Positions 1 to 8,450 of a stretch of 64,000 nucleotides of DNA are shown here, one piece after another. Location: assembly GCA_035499335.1 (NCBI GenBank), contig DATJZB010000047.1, positions 1,730 to 65,729 of the forward strand, in the 5' to 3' direction. The position numbers and the translations under genes were made by a program. The notes under the pieces are model-generated. The model was given only the letters and a program-made list of their open reading frames with translations, did not search any database and was not told the origin of the DNA. Position 1 is the first letter of the stretch. Each line of letters starts with the position of its first letter. Source of the stretch: Rhizomicrobium sp. (GTDB taxonomy: Bacteria > Pseudomonadota > Alphaproteobacteria > Micropepsales > Micropepsaceae).

Positions 1-112
1 CCCCTTCCATGCTCGCGCCATGGCGGTTCCGGCGCAAGCAGCGCGGAGCCGGCCGCGATCTGGCGTCGTGTCCGGCGCTTTCCATATCAGGATGGCGCGC
101 CGCTGACGCGGA

Positions 113-412
113 CTAGGGCGCCTGCGAAAGCGAGAGCGTGCGGCTGACGTCGAGCGGATGGTCGATCAGCGTCTGCACCTGCTCCAGAAAGCGCCCGGTA
201 TGATCGATGTCCGCATGGACGTTGAACGCGGCTTCGTCGGCCCAGACGGAATGGATGAAGAAAAGGCGCGCGTCCCGCGTCGAACCGAACGCGTCCATCG
301 CCAGGCAGCCCGGTTCGTTGCGCACATAGGCGATCTGGTCGGCGAGCAGGCGCCGAAGTTTCTCTTCCGCATGGTCGCGGGCGTGGAAGCGCGCGAAGAC
401 GTAGAGCGGCAT
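113..412 (-). CDS. ABM (antibiotic biosynthesis monooxygenase-like) domain protein, ~99 aa
   Basis: Track ORF 113..520 trimmed to internal Met (MPLYVFARFHARDHAEEKL...). Small ferredoxin-like ABM-type sequence. The ATG lies 1 nt after the stop (414-416) of the upstream GST gene. Confidence 0.75.
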   Translation of the reverse strand: MPLYVFARFHARDHAEEKLRRLLADQIAYVRNEPGCLAMDAFGSTRDARLFFIHSVWADEAAFNVHADIDHTGRFLEQVQTLIDHPLDVSRTLSLSQAP

Positions 413-413
413 C

Positions 414-1118
414 CTACGCCGCCCGCCGCTCGAACTCGGGATAATAGCGCTCCAGCATCCGCGCCACGTATGCGACCAGGTTCTTGTGACGCAGCGCCGT
501 GTCGCGCAGCCGCGATTCAAAGAAGGGCGTCATCACGCCCGCCAGCATGCCGGCCATCGTCGCGTCCGCGCCGCACGGCTTCTCGCCCATCAGATACGGC
601 TTGTCGCCGAGGAAGATCGAAAGCGATTCCAGCGAACGTCCCGCAAGATCGGCAATCTCCGAGACGCTGTGCCGGCCGAGTCCCTGGCCGTGCAGCATGG
701 TGCGCACGCGCTCGCGGGCCTGCTCCGCGATGCCCTCGGGAGCGCCGTCGAAGAAGTGGATCGGCCCCTTCGCCCAGTTTTCGTCGTCGATCCAGCGGGA
801 ATGGAGCAGCGCGAAATAAACCTGGTCCTCGAGCATGCGCTCCATCGCCCAGGCGAGCGAACGCTCCACGCTGCACAGGCCGGCGTCGAGGTCGACGCGA
901 TAGGTGCGCTCGATATGTTCGCGAATGAACGTAGAGTCGCCGATGAGCACGCCGTCATCGTCGATGAAGGGAATCTTTCCCTTCGGCGCGGCCTGCGGGC
1001 TGCTGCGCTGCCATTTGTACGGCAGACCGGCCATTTTCAGCTGAATCTCGGTTTTCATGACGAAAGGGCTGGGATCGGGAAGGCCGAAGGCCGGGCCGAA
1101 GCCGAACAGGGTGATCAT
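414..1118 (-). CDS. glutathione S-transferase family protein (metaxin/Tom37-like C-terminal type)
   Basis: Track ORF 414..1181 trimmed to MITLFGFGPAFGLPDPSPFVMKTE..., with GGAGGA 5 nt upstream of the ATG at 1118. GST-like N- and C-terminal sequence pattern. Confidence 0.8.
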   Translation of the reverse strand: MITLFGFGPAFGLPDPSPFVMKTEIQLKMAGLPYKWQRSSPQAAPKGKIPFIDDDGVLIGDSTFIREHIERTYRVDLDAGLCSVERSLAWAMERMLEDQVYFALLHSRWIDDENWAKGPIHFFDGAPEGIAEQARERVRTMLHGQGLGRHSVSEIADLAGRSLESLSIFLGDKPYLMGEKPCGADATMAGMLAGVMTPFFESRLRDTALRHKNLVAYVARMLERYYPEFERRAA

Positions 1119-1159
1119 GCATTTCCTCCGCTTTATGCCGCTCATGCTTCTTCCCGCGA

Positions 1160-1234
1160 CCGGCTCGGGATGAAAGGACACTTCAATTGCTCATCCCTGG
1201 TTGATCGAAGGATGAACCCGTCGAAGGATGACCC
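1160..1234. repeat. REP/MITE-like nested-hairpin element, copy A (diverged, with internal 16-bp duplication)
   Basis: ccggctcgggatgaaagga...gctcatccctggttgatcgaaggatgaaccc aligns by eye with 22461-22519 (ccggctcgggatgaggaa...cctcatcctgagcttgtcgaaggatgag). tcgaaggatga occurs twice, at 1205 and 1221. Confidence 0.55.
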
Positions 1235-1270
1235 GGTCGACGGTGAGGGCCTTTTCTTACTGCCATCCTG

Positions 1271-1288
1271 CTGACAACATGTTGTCAG
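1271..1288. promoter_or_regulatory. perfect 18-bp palindrome CTGACAACATGTTGTCAG, candidate operator
   Basis: Self-complementary over all 18 nt. Lies 24 bp upstream of the WYL-regulator ATG (1312), in the divergent spacer shared with the GST gene. Confidence 0.5.
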
Positions 1289-1311
1289 GAGCCTGTTGGC
1301 AGGATGTCGGC

Positions 1312-2049
1312 ATGAGACGCGCGGAACGGCTTTTCCAGATCATCCAGATCCTCAGGCGCAGCAAGCGGCGGCCGATCACGGCCAACGACATCGCGGCCGA
1401 ACTCGAAACCTCGCTGCGCACGATCTACCGCGACATCTCGCAATTGCTGGCAGAGCGCGTGCCGATCCGCGGCGAGGCGGGCATCGGCTACGTGCTCGAA
1501 GACGGTTTCGACATGCCGCCGCTCATGCTGACGGCGGACGAGATCGAGGCGGCGATGCTCGGCGCGCAATGGGTGATGGGCCGCGGCGATCCCGCGCTGA
1601 TGCGCGCGGCGTCCGACCTCGTCGCCAAGATCGGCGCGGTGGTGCCGGCGCATCTCAAGCCGCTGGCTTTCGATTCGACGCTGGTCTCGCCGAACTGGCG
1701 GCCGATCCAGAACGATGCGATCGACGTGACCAAGGTGCGTTCCTCGATCCACGCGCAGACCAAAATCGCGATCGGCTACCGCGACGAAAGCGGGCGCGAG
1801 ACGCGGCGCACCGTTTGGCCGATCGCCGTTTCCTATTGGGACCTGACGCGCGTCATCGTCGCCTGGTGCGAGTTGCGCAAGGGTTTCCGCAGCTTCCGCA
1901 CCGACCGCGTGATGGAGGCGCAATTCCTCGCCGAACGCTATCCGGTGCCGCGCACGCGCCTCACGGCCCAGTGGCGCAAGGAAGTCGCGGCGGCGATGGC
2001 GAGCGGCAACTACGAGAAACGCAAGGCGGCGCAGCAGGCGCGGACCTGA
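1312..2049 (+). CDS. YafY-type transcriptional regulator (N-terminal HTH + WYL domain)
   Basis: Track ORF 1228..2049 trimmed to MRRAERLFQIIQILRRSKRRPITANDIAAELETSLRTIYRDI... (DeoR/HTH_11-like N-terminus). C-terminal half resembles a WYL domain (RTVWPIAVSYWDLTRVIVAWCELRKGFRSFRTDR). Confidence 0.85.
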   Translation: MRRAERLFQIIQILRRSKRRPITANDIAAELETSLRTIYRDISQLLAERVPIRGEAGIGYVLEDGFDMPPLMLTADEIEAAMLGAQWVMGRGDPALMRAASDLVAKIGAVVPAHLKPLAFDSTLVSPNWRPIQNDAIDVTKVRSSIHAQTKIAIGYRDESGRETRRTVWPIAVSYWDLTRVIVAWCELRKGFRSFRTDRVMEAQFLAERYPVPRTRLTAQWRKEVAAAMASGNYEKRKAAQQART

Positions 2050-3168
2050 TCAGGCGGCCTTTTCGACGTCGTCGCCGGCGAAGCTCGAGCAGAAATCCTG
2101 GAAGATCGCGGCCAGTTCCTCGGCGTCGATCATGGGCAGCGCGTTCTTCGGAAAGCGGAAGCGCCAGAAGCTGACGATGTGCGAGATGGCGCCCATCTTC
2201 TCGCCGAGCTCGAGGAACAGGTGCGGTGCGCTGAGCAGGAATTCGCGGAAGGTCTTGGGATTGTTGTTGCGCACCAGGTCTTCATAGGCGGCGTCGTAGA
2301 CCGCGAGAATCTTCTTCACCGCTTCGCCGCCGTCACGCACCTTGGTGATGATGTTGGCCTGGGACTGTTTGAGGAACTGCTTGGTGTCGAAGTCGATGGC
2401 GCCGACCGGGCGGATCTTGCGGATGGCGCGCAGCACCGAGATGATCTCGGGCCAGAAATTTTCCATGCTCCATTTGTAGTAGAGAAATCCGCGCCAGCTG
2501 AACACGCCCTCGCGGAACTCGACCGGGTTCATCGCCAGCGTCAGGCGCAGCGGCTCGAGCTTGTCGTCGACCTCGGTGGAAAGCAGGGCGCTGACCAGTC
2601 GCTGGGTGGAGCTGTCGCTGCTCTTGCCGCCGCCGCTGGCCAGCGAGATCAGCTTGTACAGCTCCGACGACACGTATGTCGACATGGCGATCTGGTCGGC
2701 GTTGGAGATCTTGAAGTAGCAGTCGGCGCAGCGGAAGTCCTGGGCGCGCAGATGCTCGCGCAGGAGGAACGGATCGAGCGAGGGCAGGCTGTTGAGGATG
2801 CGCAGCACAGCCAGATCGTGGTCCATGCTCTTGTCGCCGTAATTGCCGACCTCGCGCAGGCTCTCGAGGAAACCGCGCTGGTCGACGAAGAAGGATCGTC
2901 CGCCGGCGCGCAGATCGTTGACGTCGAACGGAATGATGATCTTGGTCGCGACCGGGCGGCTGGACGGGAACAGATAGGTCTCGTCGGAGCGCACGCGGTG
3001 CTTGAGGATGATCGACGCGTTGACGATCGGGGAATCGAAGAACGGCGCGCTCTTGTGCTCGGGCTTGTCGGCGTTGGCGAGCGCGATCGACGCCAGGTTG
3101 AGCACCCGCGTGGTCGAGGCACCGCTGAGGGCGCTCAGATAGCGGACTGTCCTGTCTGCGCCTGCCAA
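2050..3168 (-). CDS. hypothetical protein, family not recognised (372 aa from TTG; ORF extends to 3312)
   Basis: Long ORF with native-looking high GC3. No internal Met in the first ~160 codons. Best start guess is TTG at 3168 with GAGG 6 nt upstream. No signal peptide or TM segment seen. C-terminal motif HIVSFWRFRFP. Confidence 0.7.
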   Translation of the reverse strand: MAGADRTVRYLSALSGASTTRVLNLASIALANADKPEHKSAPFFDSPIVNASIILKHRVRSDETYLFPSSRPVATKIIIPFDVNDLRAGGRSFFVDQRGFLESLREVGNYGDKSMDHDLAVLRILNSLPSLDPFLLREHLRAQDFRCADCYFKISNADQIAMSTYVSSELYKLISLASGGGKSSDSSTQRLVSALLSTEVDDKLEPLRLTLAMNPVEFREGVFSWRGFLYYKWSMENFWPEIISVLRAIRKIRPVGAIDFDTKQFLKQSQANIITKVRDGGEAVKKILAVYDAAYEDLVRNNNPKTFREFLLSAPHLFLELGEKMGAISHIVSFWRFRFPKNALPMIDAEELAAIFQDFCSSFAGDDVEKAA

Positions 3169-3414
3169 GTTGGGCCTCGTGGAAATTTGAGCCCAGACAA
3201 TGGAGCGAGTTAGTAAACTTCCGGTTTCCGCGGGCGGGTCCGGGCCCGAAATGTCGCCGAAAACCGCCCGGGCTACCCATTCGGCGGCCCTCCCGACCCG
3301 GTCTGCCAGCACAGCGCCTGTCCAGCGGGACGACCCGGCAGGTGTACGGCCGACTCAACCTGGCGGTTACTGAAACGTGCACCTCGTATGCCGACGCGTT
3401 TGCTGACTTCGTAC

Positions 3415-3444
3415 GCACGATGACTTGCGAACACTTCATCGTGC
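3415..3444. promoter_or_regulatory. perfect 9-bp inverted repeat GCACGATGA-N12-TCATCGTGC
   Basis: Read directly from the sequence. Located in the ~350-bp divergent spacer between the hypothetical gene (2050..3168) and the wHTH gene (3518..3949). Confidence 0.35.
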
Positions 3445-3517
3445 AGGCCTTTGTCCGGACTATCCTTGGCGTGTTAGCACTGTCCGGTTACGTACAGAGA
3501 GCGACAAGGGGACGGTC

Positions 3518-3949
3518 GTGCCGCGAAATTCCGTCAAGCCGCGCCGGATACGGAACGCTGCGCACCGCTCGTCCGCGATCGCGTGGCACTCCACCGCCTA
3601 CATCGTGACGGTGATGGGCGCGGTACTGCGCAGCACGCCGCTCGACGCGCTCGACCTGCTGATCACGCTCGCCATTTCGGCGAAGAACGGCGACGGCGCG
3701 CAGATGCCGCGCGGCGTCAGCCGCAACGCGGTGAGCCGCACGCTCAACGTTCCCCTCGAAACCGTCCGGCGGCGCGTCGCGCTGCTGCTCAAGAAAAGGG
3801 TCATCGCCGAACGCACGGGCGGCCTGGTGGTGCCCGCCGATGCGCCGCTCGGCAGGCTGCCCAACAACGCCGAACTGCTCGCGTTCAACGCGCAAACGGT
3901 CCGGCAGTTGTTCGCCGACCTGAAGGCGAAGGGCGTCCGGCTCGACTGA
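3518..3949 (+). CDS. small winged-helix (MarR/AsnC-like) DNA-binding protein
   Basis: Track ORF 3425..3949. GTG at 3518 has AAGGGGA 5 nt upstream; alternative ATG at 3614. HTH-like stretch VSRNAVSRTLNVPLETVRRRVALLLKKRVI. Confidence 0.65.
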   Translation: MPRNSVKPRRIRNAAHRSSAIAWHSTAYIVTVMGAVLRSTPLDALDLLITLAISAKNGDGAQMPRGVSRNAVSRTLNVPLETVRRRVALLLKKRVIAERTGGLVVPADAPLGRLPNNAELLAFNAQTVRQLFADLKAKGVRLD

Positions 3950-3958
3950 GCGGCAGAC

Positions 3959-4366
3959 CTACTTGATCGCCTTCAGTGCCGCGGCGGCATCGTTGGCCGC
4001 CTTTTGCGCCGTCGCCAGATCCGTCGTCGCCAGTCCCGTGCGCACGGTCGCGGCCGCATCTTCCAGCGCCTTCTTCTTGGCGGCGTCGCTCGTGTCCGGA
4101 ATGGCGCCGCTGCCCGAGCCGGCGCAGGGATTGATCTGCTTGGCGTCGAAACCGTCGCCGCCGGCGCCGACCAGGCAATTCAGCGTGTGATGCAGATGCA
4201 TCTGCACCATGCCGATGGCGCTCGCTTGCGCGGCGAGCGTGGCGTGCGTCGCCGCGGTCGAGATTTCGCCCGCGAGGTCTGCCGCCATCACCGGGAACGG
4301 CGCGAGCAGGCATGCCGCCAGCGCTGCGCCGAAGAACAGGTCACGTTGCTTGTTCGACATGGTCAT
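3959..4366 (-). CDS. secreted hypothetical protein (signal peptide)
   Basis: Trimmed to MTMSNKQRDLFFGAALAACLLAPFPVMAADL.... The ATG overlaps the TGA of the upstream SYLF gene (ATGA at 4363-4368). Confidence 0.7.
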   Translation of the reverse strand: MTMSNKQRDLFFGAALAACLLAPFPVMAADLAGEISTAATHATLAAQASAIGMVQMHLHHTLNCLVGAGGDGFDAKQINPCAGSGSGAIPDTSDAAKKKALEDAAATVRTGLATTDLATAQKAANDAAAALKAIK

Positions 4367-5034
4367 CACCACACAGTTGCGAGGTTGCGTTGCAGTCGGT
4401 TCGTCTCGGGATTGCGGACCTTGTTGGCGAGGATCGCACCCACCGACGCGTCGTGTCCGTAGAAGTCGGCGTTCCATTCGTCGCGCGACTTCACGACCGA
4501 ACCGTTGAAGGTGAGTCCGCCATAGGCGCCCGTGCCGGACGACCAGACGACGATGTCGCCGCCGCGACCGGTGGTGGCACCTTCCGCACCCGAGCTCAGC
4601 GTCACGACGGTGATGCCGCCGCCGGCGCCCAGCTTGAACTCGCTATGCTCGATGCCGCGCAACGCGCGGTCGCTCATGATGATGAAGACGAGCTCGGCCT
4701 GCTCGAGGCCGACCTGCAGTCCGAACGAGGCCGAGGCCAGCGAATAGAAGGCCGGCGAGCTCCACGAACGGCCCGTGCGTTTCAGCAGCACGCCGTCGCC
4801 GCCCTCCGCGCCGAAGATGAAGCCGCCTTTGACGAGGCGCGGCACGATGAGCACGGCCCGCGCGCTGTGTATCATCCGCGCGGCCTGCGAGAAGGCGGGA
4901 TCGCTTCTGAGATGATCGACCGTGTGGCTCGCCCGCGCCAGCAATTCGGTCTGGTCCGACGCCAACGCCGCCGGCGCGGCGAACATCGCCGTGGCGAGCG
5001 CCGCAGCGGCGGCAAATTTCGTCACTGTCCTCAT
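4366..5034 (-). CDS. Ysc84/SYLF (DUF500) lipid-binding domain protein, secreted
   Basis: Signal peptide MRTVTKFAAAAALATAMFAAPAALA, then SYLF-like repeats (GGFIFGAEGGDGVLL, FKLGAGGGITVV, WSSGTGAYGGLTFNGSVV). Confidence 0.85.
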   Translation of the reverse strand: MRTVTKFAAAAALATAMFAAPAALASDQTELLARASHTVDHLRSDPAFSQAARMIHSARAVLIVPRLVKGGFIFGAEGGDGVLLKRTGRSWSSPAFYSLASASFGLQVGLEQAELVFIIMSDRALRGIEHSEFKLGAGGGITVVTLSSGAEGATTGRGGDIVVWSSGTGAYGGLTFNGSVVKSRDEWNADFYGHDASVGAILANKVRNPETNRLQRNLATVW

Positions 5035-5180
5035 GACCCTGTCCCTTTTTCGTGAAATGCGGCGCGAAGCCTAGACGATTTGTCCCCATGCGAGAACCGC
5101 GGGCGGCGTAGTTTGTTCCCTCCGCCGGCGAATGTTTTCACCGGCTCGCGTCCGCTGCTGCGCTGCACTATCGTGCCGGG

Positions 5181-5699
5181 ATGCAGTACGGACTCGTCGT
5201 CGTTCCGCCATCCGGACTGGCGGAGCGCATTCGCGCATTTCAGGACACCCACCTCGCCGCGCCGCCGCTCGCCGAACCCCACATCACGGTCAAGGCGCCG
5301 GGCGGGCTCGGTGCGGATGAAGCTTGGCTTGACGGCGTTCGCTCGACGGCCGCGCATTTTCCCGCGTTCCGGACCGGCATCGGAAGCGTCGCGATGTTCG
5401 GTGCCGACATTTTGTATTTGCGCGTCGAACCTTGCGAAGCGCTGGTGCGCCTGCATGCGGCGCTTCTCGCCGTCGTGAATCCTTCGCCCGCGCTGATCGA
5501 ACGGCATTTCGAAGGGCCGGCCTATGTCGCGCATCTGACGCTCGCCGGTCCCGGTATCCCGGCGCTGCAGGCGATCAAGGCCGCCGCCGAGAAGACCTTC
5601 ACCGAACATGAAACATTCGACGTACGCTTCCTGCGCGTCCTGCGGCAGGCCGAGCCGGGCGGCCCGTATCGCCCCTACCGCGACCTGCCGCTGGCTTAG
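5181..5699 (+). CDS. 2H phosphoesterase superfamily protein (2',5' RNA ligase-like)
   Basis: Two HxT/S motifs at the expected spacing (PHITVKAP and AHLTLAGP) in a 172-aa protein. Confidence 0.8.
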   Translation: MQYGLVVVPPSGLAERIRAFQDTHLAAPPLAEPHITVKAPGGLGADEAWLDGVRSTAAHFPAFRTGIGSVAMFGADILYLRVEPCEALVRLHAALLAVVNPSPALIERHFEGPAYVAHLTLAGPGIPALQAIKAAAEKTFTEHETFDVRFLRVLRQAEPGGPYRPYRDLPLA

Positions 5700-5757
5700 A
5701 CCATCCTTGAACTAGGGCTTTTTCAGCCCCACATTCAGGGAACCCGAGGAGATGGCC

Positions 5758-6120
5758 ATGACCGACGTTTCGCCCCAGCCCGTTGTTCCGTCTGCGGCTC
5801 CCGCGTCCGAGGATACGCGTACGCTCGCGATCATCGTCTACGGGCTTTACCTCGCATCCCTGTTCTGCGTCGGTCTGTCCGGCATCGCGGGCGTGATCCT
5901 CGCCTACGTCAAGCGCGACGACGTGCGCGGCACGATCTGGGAAAGTCATTTCGAGAATGCGATCCAGGCTTTCTGGATCTGGTTCGGATTGACGGTGCTG
6001 GGCTTCCTTACCATCTGGCTCCTTATCGGCTTCGTCATCATGGGCGTGGCCTACATCTATTTCGCCTATCGCACGATCAAGGGACTGGTCCGCGCGGTCG
6101 ACTCGCAACCCTATGTCTGA
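5758..6120 (+). CDS. small integral membrane protein, paralogue A
   Basis: TM-rich protein. Shared motif ILAYVKRDDVRGTIWESHF...YRTIKGLVRAVDSQPY. The ATG at 5758 has GAGGAG 6 nt upstream; the ATG at 5752 abuts the SD. Confidence 0.8.
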   Translation: MTDVSPQPVVPSAAPASEDTRTLAIIVYGLYLASLFCVGLSGIAGVILAYVKRDDVRGTIWESHFENAIQAFWIWFGLTVLGFLTIWLLIGFVIMGVAYIYFAYRTIKGLVRAVDSQPYV

Positions 6121-6523
6121 ACCGGGCGGCGCCGACGATCTGCGGACGATCCTGCTCATCGTCTACGGCCTGTTCATTCTCGCCGTGTTCAACGGCGCCA
6201 CCGCGATCGCGGGGGTCGTGCTCGCCTATGTCAAGCGCGATGCGGCGCGCGGCACGTTGTGGGAAAGCCATTTCCGCAATGTCATCTACGTGTTCTGGAT
6301 CGCGCTCGCCGTCGTCTTCGTCGCGGTGGCGATCATCGTCCAGGCGTTCGGCGGTCTCGCCTATTCGCTTTTCGCCACCAACGGAAATCCGCCGCCGGCG
6401 CTGATCGGCTCGCTCGTGGCGCTCGTGCCGCTGTTCTGGCTCGGGGGGATGCTGTTCTTCGTCTGGTATCTGTACCGGACGCTGCGCGGTCTCGTCCGCA
6501 CGATCGACGCCAAGCCCTACTGA
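6113..6523 (+). CDS. small integral membrane protein, paralogue B
   Basis: VLAYVKRDAARGTLWESHF...YRTLRGLVRTIDAKPY mirrors paralogue A. The start overlaps the stop of paralogue A (ATGTCTGA at 6113-6120). Confidence 0.8.
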   Translation: MSEPGGADDLRTILLIVYGLFILAVFNGATAIAGVVLAYVKRDAARGTLWESHFRNVIYVFWIALAVVFVAVAIIVQAFGGLAYSLFATNGNPPPALIGSLVALVPLFWLGGMLFFVWYLYRTLRGLVRTIDAKPY

Positions 6524-7077
6524 CGCCGCAGGTCGCGCGCCGGTTTCGGCCGCATCACCAGACAGCCGAACAGCCCGAGCATCAGCGCCAGCGCGAACGC
6601 ATAGGGCGCCAGCCCGTAGATCTGCCACACCACGCTTGCGGCTGCGTGGAAGCTCTGGCCCATATTCGCGCCCCAGAGGGCGCAATCGCCGACTCCGTAT
6701 TCGCTGACGCTGCAGCCGGGATAGCGCGCGGAGTACACCGCCGCCATCGGCAGAATCACCATCGCGAGCGGCAGGAAAAGCAGCGAGAGCGCCGCGAGCA
6801 GCGGCCGCCTCGCGAGGATCGCCGCCAGCGCCGCCGCCGACGCGGCGAGCATGAGCAAGAACGAATTGCCGCCGGCCAGCCACGCGAGCGTCAAGGTTTC
6901 GCGCAGTCCCGCGCCGAGCGCGATGCCGCGACAGAGTTGCGGGCCGGGATCGCACTGCGCCGCGAAGGCCGCGCCGCGCAGCAGCCATACGAGCAGAGAC
7001 GGCGCCAGGAGCACGAAAGAACATGCCGCCCAGAGTTTGAGCGGCATGTGTCTCGACGTCGGCGCGTCCTCATCCAT
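6517..7077 (-). CDS. hypothetical polytopic membrane protein with conserved-looking Cys pairs
   Basis: Hydrophobic segments run throughout. High GC3 in this frame. Family not recognised. Confidence 0.6.
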   Translation of the reverse strand: MDEDAPTSRHMPLKLWAACSFVLLAPSLLVWLLRGAAFAAQCDPGPQLCRGIALGAGLRETLTLAWLAGGNSFLLMLAASAAALAAILARRPLLAALSLLFLPLAMVILPMAAVYSARYPGCSVSEYGVGDCALWGANMGQSFHAAASVVWQIYGLAPYAFALALMLGLFGCLVMRPKPARDLRRQ

Positions 7078-7176
7078 GCGCGCAGTTTAAGCACGCGCAT
7101 ACGCGGATCGCCTCGCCGTTTATGCGCGATCGTTAATCCGGCGCTGTGACTTACAACGTTAGGACGTTGTACGTCG

Positions 7177-7788
7177 TTACGCTTTTGTCGACGGACGATC
7201 CTTGATGCCGTCGAACCAGGCGGCGACGTTCTTGAACTCCGGATTCAGCGGCTGTCCGACCTGTCCGCCGAAGTCCAGGAAGCAGAACAGGAGAATGTCG
7301 GCGAGCGTCAGGTTCTTGCCGTTGACGAACTTCTTGCCGGCGAGCTGGCCGTCGAGCCACTTGATGCGGTCCTGCGCGATCTTCTTGAGGCCTTCGGCGG
7401 CTTCGGGGACCGTGACGATGCGGCTCTGGAACAGCGGCAGGCCCTGGCTGAAGCGGAACCCGTTCGCCATCGGCTCGCAGATGTTGAGATCGATGCGGCG
7501 CGTCCACATCCGCGTGTCGGCTTTTTCCTCCGGCGTCGCGCCGATCAGCGCGGGTTTCGGATTCTTGTCTTCCAGATATTCGCAGATCGCGGTGATTTCG
7601 GAGACGAAAGAACCATTGTCGAGCTCGAGCGTCGGCATCTGGCCGTGCGGGTTGCGGCGCAGATGTTCATCCTGGCGGTTCTCGCCCGCCATCAGGTTCA
7701 CTTCCTGCGTCGGGATGTTGAGGCCTTTTTCCGCGATGAACATGCGCACCACGCGCGGGTTCGGACCGACCGAGTTGTAGAATTTCAT
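7177..7788 (-). CDS. glutathione S-transferase
   Basis: MKFYNSVGPNPRVVRMFIAEKGL...NPHGQMPTLELDNGSFVSEITAICEYL, a classic GST N-domain, followed by a C-domain. Confidence 0.9.
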   Translation of the reverse strand: MKFYNSVGPNPRVVRMFIAEKGLNIPTQEVNLMAGENRQDEHLRRNPHGQMPTLELDNGSFVSEITAICEYLEDKNPKPALIGATPEEKADTRMWTRRIDLNICEPMANGFRFSQGLPLFQSRIVTVPEAAEGLKKIAQDRIKWLDGQLAGKKFVNGKNLTLADILLFCFLDFGGQVGQPLNPEFKNVAAWFDGIKDRPSTKA

Positions 7789-8096
7789 CTTCGTCTCCCT
7801 TGATTTTTTCGGACCCTAGGCAACGGCGCCGGAACGGTCAAACCGGCCGCGACGGAACTCTTCGCCGGACGAGCACCTTTTGCGTCAAAGGGTTGAACGT
7901 GTCGCCGGGCAGGGCGCGGTGTCACTCCCGTCGCGGGTGTCCGTGTCGGCGCGGGAGGGCGCCCGAGTGCCCGGATTGTTCCTGTCGCAACAAAATTGCC
8001 GCAGCGGTGCCTTGTCCAAGGCGGGACAGGCTGCAAATCCGCGCTCGCTGGCCGGGTCTGGGGACCCCTCGGTTGCGGATACGGCCCGGCTCGCCC

Positions 8097-8450
8097 ATGT
8101 ATGACTGGTCGCGAATCGGCGGGTTTACGTTGCGCAAGTATTTCATGCTCGCGTTGGGTTGGGTCCTGACGCTCGTCGGCATAGTCGTGACGCCGATGCC
8201 GATCCCGATTCCGCTGATCGGACTTTTGCCGCTGATGGCGGGACTGGCGATCCTCATCAACTATTCGCGCAGCATGCGCCGCTTCATCCAGCGGGCGCGC
8301 CACCGCGTACGCTGGGTTTCCTATATGATCGAGCACATGGCCAAGCGCGCGCCCAAGAAAATCGCCCAGATCCTGCACCGCTCGCATCCCGCGCCGATCG
8401 AGCGCCATGCGCGGATACAGTCGCGCCCGCCGATCGAGGACAAGGACTGA
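8097..8450 (+). CDS. small membrane protein (PGPGW-like two-TM protein)
   Basis: Track ORF 7800..8450 trimmed to MYDWSRIGGFTLRKYFMLALGWVLTLVGIVVTPMPIPIPLIG.... The stop overlaps the next ATG (TGATG at 8448-8452). Confidence 0.7.
   Translation: MYDWSRIGGFTLRKYFMLALGWVLTLVGIVVTPMPIPIPLIGLLPLMAGLAILINYSRSMRRFIQRARHRVRWVSYMIEHMAKRAPKKIAQILHRSHPAPIERHARIQSRPPIEDKD

Noticed and set aside
7153-7170. Hairpin ACAACGT-TAGG-ACGTTGT just downstream of the GST stop
   Set aside because: A perfect 7-bp stem, but AU-rich and short, with no U-tract on the transcribed (minus) strand. It is too weak to call a terminator or regulatory site.
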